A stretch of 64,000 bases of DNA from a virus. The position numbers and the translations under genes were made by a program. The first letter of the stretch is position 1, and each line of letters starts with the position of its first letter. This document shows, in pieces, positions 36,236-45,894 of the stretch. The stretch is from positions 1 through 64,000 of the IMG/VR virus record IMGVR_UViG_3300021389_000012. The stretch is one strand, 5' to 3'. Under the pieces are notes generated by a model that saw nothing but the letters and a program-made list of their open reading frames with translations, had not been told where the DNA came from and searched no databases.

Positions 36236-37819
36236 ATGGCTTTTTATATAGGAACAGACAAAGTAATTGAAGATACAGATGCAACGGCAGGTATTTCCAC
36301 TAGTAGTAATTTAGATAAATTACAAATTAATGGAACTGATGTACTAACGCATGATGGTAGTACAGTTACATTAAAAAATGTAGATATTAATGATGCAATT
36401 GAAGGCTCAATAAATACCGATAATCTTACAGAAGGTTCTACAAACCTGTTCTATGCAACAAGTTTATTTAATACAGATTTAGCATCTAAATCAACAAGTG
36501 ATTTAGCAGAAGGCACAAACTTATATTACACAGACGCAAGAGCAGATGCTAGAGTTGACGCAGGATTTAGTGCAAAGTCAACAACAAATTTATCAGAAGG
36601 TACTAACTTATATTATACAGACGCAAGAGTTAGTGCATTATTAGGCGGCGGTGGCGGTACTACTTATGCAACACAAACATACGTTGACACAGCCGAAACA
36701 GACGCAAATACATACACAGATACTGCAATATCAAATTTAGTAGATACTGCACCAGCAACATTAGACACATTAAACGAGTTGGCTGCAGCACTTGGCGATG
36801 ATCCTGCTTTTGCAACAACAGTAACAAATAACATTGCAACAAAAATTGGCAATGTTGTAGAAGATACAACACCACAACTTGGTGGAGATTTAGATGTAAA
36901 TGACCATCGAATAGTTTCAACTGGATCAAATGATATTGAAATATTAACAGGTACAGGCGCAGACCAATTGAGTATAGGACTTGGGTCAATAGCAGGTACA
37001 GGATACACAGGACAAGGAATGGGAATTGCATCATCTACTAATGCAGGGTCAGATCTTATACTATTAGGAGATCTTGATTTTACAGGTAGTGGATATGTAG
37101 GTGAATTTATAGGAACAGTAGCACTAGATGGAGCAACTAGTAATTTAGGTTATTTTGGATTAACATCATCAACATTTAATGGATCTTCTGTAGCATTTAA
37201 TACAATGTTTGCGCCATCAATACCTTGCGAGATAGCAGGTATGACTGGAACAGCAAATGAAGTTGGATTAGTAATAGGCTCATCAACTGAAGCAAGAATT
37301 CATCAAATTGATAGTTCCGGTAATACAATATTTAAATTACCAGCAACAGATGGAACAGCAAACCAAGTTTTAAAAACGGATGGTGCTGGAGATCTATCAT
37401 GGGTTGCACAAACAAGTAATACCAACACTACATACACAGCAGGTAATGGATTAACATTAAACACTACAGAATTTGAAATGAGTGGTTCATATACTGGTAG
37501 CTTTACAGCAACTGGTGACATTACTGCATATTCAGATGCAAGATTAAAAAGAAACGTAGAAACTATTAGTAACCCAGTAGATTTAGTTAACTGTTTAAGA
37601 GGTGTAAACTTTGAAAAAGACGGTAGACACAGCACTGGTGTTATTGCACAAGAAGTAGAAGAGTTTTTACCTGAGGTAGTTCATACAGATGCTGAAGGAA
37701 TGAAGTCTGTAGCATATGGAAATATATCAGGATTGTTAATCGAAGCAATCAAAGAACAACAAAAGACTATAGAACATCTACAAAAACAAATCACAGATTT
37801 GCAAAATAAAAATTCTTAA
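36236..37819 (+). CDS. Tail fibre with C-terminal S74 chaperone
   Basis: EGTNLYYTDAR repeats, DTTPQLGGDLD, SDARLK...GVIAQE...LLIEAIKE. Confidence 0.8.
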   Translation: MAFYIGTDKVIEDTDATAGISTSSNLDKLQINGTDVLTHDGSTVTLKNVDINDAIEGSINTDNLTEGSTNLFYATSLFNTDLASKSTSDLAEGTNLYYTDARADARVDAGFSAKSTTNLSEGTNLYYTDARVSALLGGGGGTTYATQTYVDTAETDANTYTDTAISNLVDTAPATLDTLNELAAALGDDPAFATTVTNNIATKIGNVVEDTTPQLGGDLDVNDHRIVSTGSNDIEILTGTGADQLSIGLGSIAGTGYTGQGMGIASSTNAGSDLILLGDLDFTGSGYVGEFIGTVALDGATSNLGYFGLTSSTFNGSSVAFNTMFAPSIPCEIAGMTGTANEVGLVIGSSTEARIHQIDSSGNTIFKLPATDGTANQVLKTDGAGDLSWVAQTSNTNTTYTAGNGLTLNTTEFEMSGSYTGSFTATGDITAYSDARLKRNVETISNPVDLVNCLRGVNFEKDGRHSTGVIAQEVEEFLPEVVHTDAEGMKSVAYGNISGLLIEAIKEQQKTIEHLQKQITDLQNKNS

Positions 37820-37924
37820 TAATACAGAATAATATACTACTATATGCTATGAAGCGTTTAGGATAAATATAAATGCAAGCAATAAGCATGCAATTATCGA
37901 TAATTACAAGCAAGGAGTCAACAC

Positions 37925-38110
37925 ATGGCATTACCAGCAACAGGCGCCGCAATAACAATGGGTCAAGTACGAACTTACTTTGGACTTAGTGGAACAATTT
38001 CAATGAGTACACTTGGTAACTTCATTTCACCATCAGTAACAACAAACATTCAGCTTTCAGCTACGTTTGGCGGATGGCAGAATCCAAACTCAACAGGTGC
38101 GGACGGTTAA
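37925..38110 (+). CDS. Small fibre-associated protein
   Basis: MALPATGAAITMGQVRTYFG resembles the MALPxSGxISx N-termini that follow S74 fibres; late promoter at 37863 and AGGAG SD. Confidence 0.6.
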   Translation: MALPATGAAITMGQVRTYFGLSGTISMSTLGNFISPSVTTNIQLSATFGGWQNPNSTGADG

Positions 38111-38134
38111 TTTAATTAACTAAATAAAACTAGT

Positions 38135-38182
38135 AATAACGCTGTTATTTTACTTGACAGCGTTATTCTTTTATAGTAAAAT
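38135..38182 (+). promoter_or_regulatory. Terminator hairpin overlapping a sigma70-like promoter
   Basis: Stem aataacgctgtt/gacagcgttatt then ctttt; TTGACA (38154)-N17-TAAAAT (38177). Confidence 0.6.
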
Positions 38183-38222
38183 ATAATAAATTACAAAAGT
38201 AAACTCAACACAGGAGAAAACA

Positions 38223-38645
38223 ATGAGTATTAGAACACGCTTCGAAATCGAAACGTTTGTGCTTGGTGCACACCCAACAGCGGCACGTAAGGCACACGCA
38301 TTAACACAAGAGCTTATGCAAGCTCGAGAACAACAACACCCAGACCTTCCAGTATTAGAAGAAATATATGCAAACTTTAGTGCAGAACATGATGTAGATG
38401 CATTATTGTCTAGCATTAATGATTCAGAGGAAGAATATTGGGTACATCGACTAGCCAAGCTAGCGGCAATTGATATTTTAACAATTGGTAAAGTACAACC
38501 AGAACATATGAATTATATGGTAGCATTAGAAGATGAAGCCTTTGCAGCATGTGTTAAAGAAACAACTTCAATTGCTAAACAATTGAATTACGAAGTACAG
38601 CAAATTGAAGCTGAACTTCAGTCAGAACTAGCTTCTGAAAAGTAA
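38223..38645 (+). CDS. Hypothetical helical protein
   Basis: Clean ORF with AGGAG SD; first gene of the glycosyltransferase cluster. Confidence 0.7.
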   Translation: MSIRTRFEIETFVLGAHPTAARKAHALTQELMQAREQQHPDLPVLEEIYANFSAEHDVDALLSSINDSEEEYWVHRLAKLAAIDILTIGKVQPEHMNYMVALEDEAFAACVKETTSIAKQLNYEVQQIEAELQSELASEK

Positions 38646-38648
38646 TTA

Positions 38649-39299
38649 ATGGTCAGTACAACTAACCATTATTACAAAAAAGACAATTCCGCAAATGTAG
38701 CCATTTGTGTTCCTGTGCAGAATCAAACTACGGCGGTCTTTGCTTATAGTTTAGCCATGCTTCAAAAAAAGTGTGGCGAGACTGGACTTGCAACTTCATT
38801 ACATTTTAATATGGGTAGTGAAGTAGCAATGCAAAGACAACAGTTAGTAGATCAAGCACTAGAAACAGATTGCACCCACATTATGTGGATTGATGCAGAT
38901 ATGCAATTTCCAGTAGATACGCTAAATATATTATTAGCATCTGATAAAGATATTATAGCTGGAAATTATTCAACAAGAGTTCCGCCCCACAGGCCGGTTG
39001 CCTTTAAAAGCAAAACTAATTTAGACAGTAGAGTTTTTACAGGAAAAGGAATTGAAAAAGTATGGGCAGTAGGAAGTGGAATGATGTTAGTAAAAAGAGA
39101 AGTATACGAGAATATTTCTCGCCCTCATTATAAAATTGAGTATAACGAAGGTTATACTAGTTTAGTAGGAGAAGATATTTACTTTTGTAATCTAGCAAAT
39201 GAAAATGGATACGAAGTAAATATTAGTCACGATTTAAGTGATAGAATTGCACATATAGGAACTCGTGCATACACAATTAAAGGCGATTGCAATGATTAA
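38649..39299 (+). CDS. GT-A fold glycosyltransferase (GT2-like)
   Basis: VAICVP, THIMWIDADM (DxD), GSGMMLVKREVY, GEDIYFC. Confidence 0.8.
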   Translation: MVSTTNHYYKKDNSANVAICVPVQNQTTAVFAYSLAMLQKKCGETGLATSLHFNMGSEVAMQRQQLVDQALETDCTHIMWIDADMQFPVDTLNILLASDKDIIAGNYSTRVPPHRPVAFKSKTNLDSRVFTGKGIEKVWAVGSGMMLVKREVYENISRPHYKIEYNEGYTSLVGEDIYFCNLANENGYEVNISHDLSDRIAHIGTRAYTIKGDCND

Positions 39300-40374
39300 T
39301 TTAGTTAACACAAAAAAAGGATTTCAAGGACAAAGTGTAGTAACACCTTGGGATAGATTAAAAAGGTTTATGTTTGATTCATACCCAGTTATTAAGACAC
39401 CCATTAAAGTAACAGACGAAGGTGCATTACTTGATCTAGCATCTAAGTACAAAGATACACACGATATGGTTTGGGTAGTTTTTGATGAAATTGAAGTAAA
39501 CCCAAATTTTACATGGCAATATAGACCTGACGGAGAAATTGGTAAGAGCTTTATTCACACATTTCCTAGAGTAGTCAAAAGAACTAGTAGACCAGTTAGT
39601 TGGGGCGATATTCATTTAGTTCCTACACACGGAGTATCACATGGAGTACTGCAAAACAAACTTGTATCAAGTTATCACGTAGCAGAATTTGATATATTCA
39701 TGATTAGTTTCCATGAAGCAGAAGCAGACGAAAACTTTCAAAAACTAAGAGAAAGGTTTAAAGATGCACAACATGTTAAAAATGTTGAAGGTATTGGTAA
39801 TGCACATAGACGTGTAGGAGAATTAGCAAAAACAGAAATGGTTTATATTGTTGATGCTGATGCAGACATAACAGGACATTTTAGTTTTGATTATATTCCA
39901 CCAATGAGTAGTAGAAAAAATACAACATTTGTATGGAGTGCAAGAAATCCAATTAATGATTTAGAATACGGTTATGGTGGTGTTAAATTATTCCCACGCG
40001 AACAGTTACTATCATTAGGACATGAGTTACCAGACTATACAACAGGTGTAGCATTTTATCAGCCAATCTCTGATATATCAAATATTACACGATTCAATAA
40101 AGACCCATATAGAACATGGCGTAGTGCATTCCGTGAATGTGTTAAGTTAGCAAGTTCTGTAAATCCAAATCAAAAACAAGAAGAAACAGATGCAAGACTT
40201 GAAACTTGGTGTACTGTAGACAACGGTGGACGTTTTGGACGCTACTGTCTTAAAGGCGCAAACGAAGGTAAAGCATATGGACTTGAAAACAAAGACAATA
40301 CAGAAGCATTAAATAAAATTAATGATTTTGAATGGTTACGTGAACAGTTTGTTGCTAGTATGAAAAAACGATAA
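39292..40374 (+). CDS. Phage glycosyltransferase-like protein
   Basis: DIFMISFHE, VYIVDADA (DxD), NDLEYGYGGVKLFP, TWRSAFRECVKL. Confidence 0.65.
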   Translation: MINLVNTKKGFQGQSVVTPWDRLKRFMFDSYPVIKTPIKVTDEGALLDLASKYKDTHDMVWVVFDEIEVNPNFTWQYRPDGEIGKSFIHTFPRVVKRTSRPVSWGDIHLVPTHGVSHGVLQNKLVSSYHVAEFDIFMISFHEAEADENFQKLRERFKDAQHVKNVEGIGNAHRRVGELAKTEMVYIVDADADITGHFSFDYIPPMSSRKNTTFVWSARNPINDLEYGYGGVKLFPREQLLSLGHELPDYTTGVAFYQPISDISNITRFNKDPYRTWRSAFRECVKLASSVNPNQKQEETDARLETWCTVDNGGRFGRYCLKGANEGKAYGLENKDNTEALNKINDFEWLREQFVASMKKR

Positions 40375-40375
40375 G

Positions 40376-40807
40376 TTATTTTTGTTTTGTTTGATGTGTG
40401 TATACAGTTTTAAGTTTCTTAATAAACTGTTTTGAATTAAATTGTATCTTTGCTCCAGGATGAACAGGTCTAGGCCAATTCCCAATTTTAACCCAACAAT
40501 ATCCATCACTTTCGTTGTTTAGTACAGGAATGAATTCATCTTCTACTGTAACAACAAAACTGTGATATATAAATTTCTTATTAGGGCTTGTAAATTTGTT
40601 TAAAGGAATAACCTTTTCAATAGATGGAACTATTCCTACTTCTTCTTCTATTTCTCTATATAAAGTTTCAATAGGTCTCTCATTACCTTCAGATTTGCCA
40701 CCAAAAAAGCCCCATGTTCTAGGATGATTAACTTCGCCACTTCTTTGTTGTAGCATTACTCTGCCAGTATCTTTACTTAAAAATATACATCCGCTTGCAG
40801 TTATCAT
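40376..40807 (-). CDS. NUDIX hydrolase
   Basis: WGFFGGKSEGNERPIETLYREIEEEVG Nudix box. Confidence 0.9.
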   Translation of the reverse strand: MITASGCIFLSKDTGRVMLQQRSGEVNHPRTWGFFGGKSEGNERPIETLYREIEEEVGIVPSIEKVIPLNKFTSPNKKFIYHSFVVTVEDEFIPVLNNESDGYCWVKIGNWPRPVHPGAKIQFNSKQFIKKLKTVYTHQTKQK

Positions 40808-40852
40808 ATATGTCCTATCCAGTGTGTAACATCATCGCAAGGATCGTCTGTG

Positions 40853-42211
40853 CTATAAATAGATTCGCCAGTATCCAGCATTATAAATTCCTTCATAACT
40901 GTTGATCCATTCAGTTCCATTCCATTCTAACTGATCGTTGCTTGAAGTATTTGTTACGTATTGTGTTGAGTTGTTTGTAGAACTATCAAAACTAATAGTC
41001 CATGCAGTACCATTGTACTCTATAATATCATTTTTGTGTGCAACTACATTAGTCCATACTGCATTTATAGGAGTATCATTTAATATAATGTAACGTTGTC
41101 CGGTAACTGCTGAAGGAACACTTCCATCTCCAGGATAATTTTTAGTAGGATCTACTATAGCATTTACGGCTGTCAGTGTATTAGTTGGCAATGTTGAATT
41201 ATCTATAGTAACACTTAAAAGATTTGGATCACTTGGGTGGTCTTCTAATCTTCCAATAATATCATTATCATCATCAGTTATATCCGAGCCTTTTTTAAGT
41301 CGTAATTGACTTATACCGGATCTTAATGTGCCAAATGGTAATAATTCTTTGTCCCATTCCATTACTAATCCATCGTCACCTAAATTTGTACCCTTGTCGT
41401 TTAAAATTTGTAAATTACCATTTTCGTATTTGACTTTTTTATCTTTGTATGTAACGATAGTATATTTTAATGTGTCTTTATCAAACACTTTTTGTTCTTT
41501 AAAATTATCTAAATCATCATCGTCTAAACTATATAGTTGACTGATGATAGTATGAATTAGTTTTTGTTGTTTTAATTTTGCAGGTGGAGTAATATAAACT
41601 GGAATATTAAAAGTTAGTGTAGCAACGTCAATAATATCGTCAATACTCGATCCTACACTTCTAGTACTCCATGTAGTATTAGTTAGTTCTACATGACTTA
41701 ATGAAGTCCAGTCAACTGGGCTATCATTAGTTCTTATATCAAGAGTAGGATTAAACAATACTAGTATCTGTTCCATAAGTTGTAATTTTTGATCTGTATT
41801 TGATGTCCATACATCGCAGTTCATTACTAACATATAAGGAACGGGTGCATGTCTTTCAACTGTATATTGGTTACCTAATTCGTTTACATATTCTCCAGTT
41901 GTTTGATCGTATTTCTTTTCGTTTACTTGAACTTTATCTACGTGATCTTGATATGTACGTCTTTCAGCAAACATATCTAATGATGTTACATAACAACTAA
42001 TAAATGGAACAGTGTTAACAATGTTTTCACTGTTTTCTCTTGTTATGTGTGCTGCCATACGATTAATATCACCGTAGCGTACAGGTACTTGTTGATAGAT
42101 AGGTAAGTCGTTATCGTTCTTGCCCATTTGTACACTGAATCCACTAAACAGTCTTATAAACTGTTGAATGTATCTTCTAATTTGTTTATCGTAAAAGTAT
42201 TGTTGTGCCAT
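40853..42211 (-). CDS. gp15: Tail terminator / sheath stabiliser, gp15-like, with C-terminal extension
   Basis: YFYDKQIRRYIQQFIRLFS, VPVRYG, PVPY, QKLQLMEQILVLFNP. Confidence 0.78.
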   Translation of the reverse strand: MAQQYFYDKQIRRYIQQFIRLFSGFSVQMGKNDNDLPIYQQVPVRYGDINRMAAHITRENSENIVNTVPFISCYVTSLDMFAERRTYQDHVDKVQVNEKKYDQTTGEYVNELGNQYTVERHAPVPYMLVMNCDVWTSNTDQKLQLMEQILVLFNPTLDIRTNDSPVDWTSLSHVELTNTTWSTRSVGSSIDDIIDVATLTFNIPVYITPPAKLKQQKLIHTIISQLYSLDDDDLDNFKEQKVFDKDTLKYTIVTYKDKKVKYENGNLQILNDKGTNLGDDGLVMEWDKELLPFGTLRSGISQLRLKKGSDITDDDNDIIGRLEDHPSDPNLLSVTIDNSTLPTNTLTAVNAIVDPTKNYPGDGSVPSAVTGQRYIILNDTPINAVWTNVVAHKNDIIEYNGTAWTISFDSSTNNSTQYVTNTSSNDQLEWNGTEWINSYEGIYNAGYWRIYL

Positions 42212-43278
42212 TATTCAAAATCACTCTTTGGTTTAATTACTTGAGACAGAGGTTGCTTCTCTGGTGTCTCGATATTATCAACTATTGTTGTAGCATCATT
42301 GTTAATAAATTGGCTAGCGTTATAAGTCTTATCACTCCAAGTTTGGGCAGTAATATTATCATATAATCTATGCCATTTACTTCCTCGTCTAACAAAAAGT
42401 CTGTTAGGAGTAAAATCTGTTCTTACAAAATACTCACCTTCGTTTGGTTGAGCAGGAAATTGATCACCTTGTTGTAATACTTCACCATGATCGTATGTTG
42501 TATTAGTATCTTCTTGACCAAATAAATGATCAGCTAATGGTAAATTATTTGGATTTGCTGCTTCGGCACTCTTAACAATAGCATTACTAATATTAAGTTC
42601 TGTTTTGTAAGAACTGATATCATTTTTAAGGCTATTTGGATCATTTGCAGTACCAAGTATATCTGCGTATTCTTGTGTATCTGTTAATGGTGCTACTTTA
42701 ACACGCCAAATATGTGGATACCAAGTTTGTGAAAATCCTTCACTTCCTCTTGCGGCATCTTGTACAACATAAAACTTATTAATAGCATCTCTATCGTTAG
42801 TAAGTAATAATTCATCACGTAAATGTGGTAACTCAATTACATCACCAGGCATAAGTCTACGCCCCATACGTTCTACCATATCATTGATATGAAAACTAAT
42901 AAACAACGTATCATTTGTTAAAAACAAACCAAATTGTGTTAAATCAAAGTCATTATCACTAACATTGTATACACCTCGTAGTTCAAAAATATCAGGATCG
43001 TATTTACGATCTCTGTTTTCCATAAACAGCAAGTCTTGTATGTTAGTTTCGTCAATTAGACCTTCTGGATTAATTTCTTCACCAGTAATGTTGTCAATTT
43101 CTAATCCACTGCCATAGTTAGGCTCACTTGGGTCATTGCTTTTATTCTGTACATCTGGTCCTAGGTATTTGTGTACATGTATACCTGTTCCACCTATATC
43201 AAATTGTTCACGGATACTGTGATCCATAAAAGTGTAATCATTTCCCTTAAAAGGTTTGTATAAACTGAGTCTTGGCAT
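42211..43278 (-). CDS. gp14: Neck / head-closure protein, gp14-like
   Basis: FDLTQFGLFL, MGRRLMPGDVIELPHL; adjacent to gp15-like gene. Confidence 0.7.
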   Translation of the reverse strand: MPRLSLYKPFKGNDYTFMDHSIREQFDIGGTGIHVHKYLGPDVQNKSNDPSEPNYGSGLEIDNITGEEINPEGLIDETNIQDLLFMENRDRKYDPDIFELRGVYNVSDNDFDLTQFGLFLTNDTLFISFHINDMVERMGRRLMPGDVIELPHLRDELLLTNDRDAINKFYVVQDAARGSEGFSQTWYPHIWRVKVAPLTDTQEYADILGTANDPNSLKNDISSYKTELNISNAIVKSAEAANPNNLPLADHLFGQEDTNTTYDHGEVLQQGDQFPAQPNEGEYFVRTDFTPNRLFVRRGSKWHRLYDNITAQTWSDKTYNASQFINNDATTIVDNIETPEKQPLSQVIKPKSDFE

Positions 43279-43389
43279 GTGGTTTTCCTTGTTATAATGT
43301 ATTTATCCATTTTTATAATAACATATTGCAGAAAGGCTAAATAGTTATGTATGCAGTTAATAATCTGCATTTTATATAAGGAAAAGACT

Positions 43390-44361
43390 ATGTTTAGATT
43401 TTTCACAGAAAAGAAATGGGCATTGTGGTCCTGGTTAGGATCTGCAATAATTTTATCATCACTTTGGGTTCAGGTCGAAATTGATGTTAAAATTAACGAA
43501 TGGTTTGGTCAGTTTTATGATATGATCCAGAAAGCCCTAGCAACACCCAATGCAATCACCATAGGTGAGTATTGGAGTAGTTTAGCAAGTTTCTTATACT
43601 TAGCCGCCATATACGTAGGTATTGCAGTTGTAGTAAGTTATTTTACAGCTCACTTTCTATTTAGATGGCGTACGGCAATGGTAGAATGGTATCATTCAGT
43701 ATATGACAAAGCTAGAACTATAGAAGGTGCCGCACAAAGGGTACAAGAAGATACGATTAAGTTTAGTCGTATTATGGAAGGTCTAGGTACAAGTTTTATT
43801 GAATCAATTATGGTTCTAGTACAGTTTGTTCCTATTCTATTAGGATTATCAGTTGGTATTCCAATCTTCTTCTTTGGTGATTGGCAATATGGACTTGTAA
43901 CAGGTGCCATTATATGGTCAGTAGGTGGAACATTATTCTTAATCGCGTTAGGTTGGATATTACGCTTAGTTGGTGTAGAATATGACTTGCAAAAGAAAGA
44001 AGCCGCATACAGAAAAATACTTGTTATTGCAGAAGATGATGAAACTGTAAGACCAAAGACTATTAACGAACTTTTCCAAGATGTTCGTAGTATTCACTTT
44101 AAGTCTTATTTGCGTTATTTGTACTTTAATGTAGGACGTATTACATACTTACAAGCAAACGTGTTATCAGCTTATGTGTTCTTAGCACCAGCTATTGTAG
44201 CCGGCGTTGTAACACTGGGTGTAATGCAACAGATTATTCGTGCATTTGGAAGAGTAGAAGGCAGTATGCAATATCTCTTTAGAGCATGGCCAACACTTAT
44301 TGAGTTAATGAGTGTGTTTAAACGTTTAAGAGAATTTGAGCGTCAAATTAACGAAAAATAG
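43390..44361 (+). CDS. sbmA: SbmA/BacA-like peptide transporter
   Basis: MFRFF..., INEWFGQFYDMIQKAL, FRWRTAM, IEGAAQRVQEDTIKF, EAAYRKILV, WPTLIELMSVFKRLREFE; several TM helices; start placed at ATG 43390 (AAGGA SD). Confidence 0.88.
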   Translation: MFRFFTEKKWALWSWLGSAIILSSLWVQVEIDVKINEWFGQFYDMIQKALATPNAITIGEYWSSLASFLYLAAIYVGIAVVVSYFTAHFLFRWRTAMVEWYHSVYDKARTIEGAAQRVQEDTIKFSRIMEGLGTSFIESIMVLVQFVPILLGLSVGIPIFFFGDWQYGLVTGAIIWSVGGTLFLIALGWILRLVGVEYDLQKKEAAYRKILVIAEDDETVRPKTINELFQDVRSIHFKSYLRYLYFNVGRITYLQANVLSAYVFLAPAIVAGVVTLGVMQQIIRAFGRVEGSMQYLFRAWPTLIELMSVFKRLREFERQINEK

Positions 44362-44394
44362 CAAAAATAACAAAATAAAAGCCAAAAAAAAAAT

Positions 44395-44432
44395 AAAAAC
44401 CCTGTAAGTTATTGAAATTGCAGGGTTTTTTT
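44395..44432 (+). terminator. Rho-independent terminator (possibly bidirectional)
   Basis: aaaaaccctgtaa...ttgcagggttttt. Confidence 0.8.
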
Positions 44433-44445
44433 ATGACTGAAAAGG

Positions 44446-44474
44446 TTGACAAGTAAGACATCTTACCGTATACT
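44446..44474 (+). promoter_or_regulatory. Sigma70-like early promoter with palindromic spacer
   Basis: AAAGG-TTGACA-N17-TATACT; GTAAGA-CA-TCTTAC in the spacer. Confidence 0.8.
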
Positions 44475-44506
44475 ATATGTATAGTTAATAAAAAAGGAGC
44501 TAAAAT

Positions 44507-44809
44507 ATGTTTAAAAAAGAGATGTTTGATTATTACGGTGGATACTTAACTTACGAAGGTAACTTTGTTGCTCGTTTTAAATATGTAACTTACCAGGGTT
44601 CTTTCAAGAACTTTCTAATTAAGAACTTTACTCCTGAAGAGTATTTTACTCGTTACAAAGAAGGTGAATCACCTTTAGCAATTTTAGAGTCAAAAGGATT
44701 TATGACTCCTCAGGCAAAGAAATTGTGTAAACAAAACTTTATGAAACCTACACAAGAAAATTATAAAATTTGTATTCATGCTATAGCAGAAGCAAGGATG
44801 TCAGCATAA
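44507..44809 (+). CDS. Hypothetical early protein
   Basis: AAGGAG SD; FVARFKY...FKNFLIKNFTPEEYF. Confidence 0.75.
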   Translation: MFKKEMFDYYGGYLTYEGNFVARFKYVTYQGSFKNFLIKNFTPEEYFTRYKEGESPLAILESKGFMTPQAKKLCKQNFMKPTQENYKICIHAIAEARMSA

Positions 44810-45309
44810 TGAAAGAACTACTTACAGAAATTAAATCACGTAACATTAAAGCTAAGGCTTGGATGGAAGAAAATCCAGGTAGTTGGTCAGGTATGTATTC
44901 TGAAGATGAAGCTTATTGGATTGAACGTGGTATTACTAATCTTGTAGAGCTTGAACGTGATGAGTTAGCAACTTATATTTACGAAGGTCATAAAGATGCT
45001 TATGGTACAAAAGGTCGTCATTATGATTTTGAAGCAATGACTACACAAGAGCTTAAAAGTGAAGCTGATAGAATTTCTGTAGCAGTTAATGAACAAATGG
45101 AATTAGAAGCCAAATGGGAAGCTGAAGCAGTTTCTAAGTTTGAAACTTCAATTAAAAAATACATGGATATGGGTCAAACTCGTAAAGATTCTATTCGTTG
45201 GATATTGCAAGCAGAAGAACTTGACAATGAAAGAGATGCAGACTATATTTGTTATAGTCTTGGATTACCGTACAGTATGAAAACTGAATTTAACAACATA
45301 GGAGTGTAA
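44809..45309 (+). CDS. Hypothetical early protein
   Basis: TAATG coupling gives start MKELL; HKDAYGTKGRHYDF motif. Confidence 0.7.
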   Translation: MKELLTEIKSRNIKAKAWMEENPGSWSGMYSEDEAYWIERGITNLVELERDELATYIYEGHKDAYGTKGRHYDFEAMTTQELKSEADRISVAVNEQMELEAKWEAEAVSKFETSIKKYMDMGQTRKDSIRWILQAEELDNERDADYICYSLGLPYSMKTEFNNIGV

Positions 45310-45311
45310 TA

Positions 45312-45680
45312 ATGGAAAAATTTAAAGTATATCAAATTAGACTAACAGACGCTGAAATTGATCTTATTAATGAAGAAGGACATGATGCAGTTCATAAAAA
45401 TTCTTTGAGATTAGATATGAATCTTGGTAGAGAAGATACAGGCAGACTTGCCGCAGATGCATTCAACAGAGGATATTACACACATGTTAGTAACATTACT
45501 GCACTAGATCTTGAAGGTGTGTTTCATGTAGGAAACATGGGTCCAGAAGAATTAATTGAAAGATTAGCACCTATGCACAGTCTTAGTGTTGGTGATATTG
45601 TTGAAAATGCAGATGGTGAAAAACAGGTAGTTGCTGACTTTGGATTTAAAAAGGTTGACGAAATTAAAGTTTTAGCGTAA
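45312..45680 (+). CDS. YodL-like domain protein
   Basis: FKVYQI...LEGVFHVGN...MHSLSVGDIVE...FGF. Confidence 0.6.
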   Translation: MEKFKVYQIRLTDAEIDLINEEGHDAVHKNSLRLDMNLGREDTGRLAADAFNRGYYTHVSNITALDLEGVFHVGNMGPEELIERLAPMHSLSVGDIVENADGEKQVVADFGFKKVDEIKVLA

Positions 45681-45717
45681 ACTTGTTTTAATTTACATCA
45701 ACTAGGAGTGACAACTA

Positions 45718-45894
45718 ATGATAGAAATTTTATCTTTCATAGACGAATTAAATGATTTATATTCTAAAACCACTGATTTAACCTCTAAACGACAGATTTC
45801 TTCTGTTATTGATAAGTATCAAAAAATAGCCGACGACATGGAACGTAGGCTATTTGACGAATATAACGGAGACGATAACAATGGCAATGCCTAG
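45718..45894 (+). CDS. Small hypothetical protein, 58 aa (not in ORF track)
   Basis: AGGAG SD; promoter TTGACG(45655)-N17-TAAACT; MIEILSFIDELNDLYSKTTDLTSKRQISSVIDKYQKIADDMERRLFDEYNGDDNNGNA. Confidence 0.65.
   Translation: MIEILSFIDELNDLYSKTTDLTSKRQISSVIDKYQKIADDMERRLFDEYNGDDNNGNA

Noticed and set aside
33711-37819. Diversity-generating retroelement or invertible cassette in the fibre genes
   Set aside because: Shared blocks do not show adenine-specific differences, all are in direct orientation, and there is no reverse transcriptase or invertase in the window
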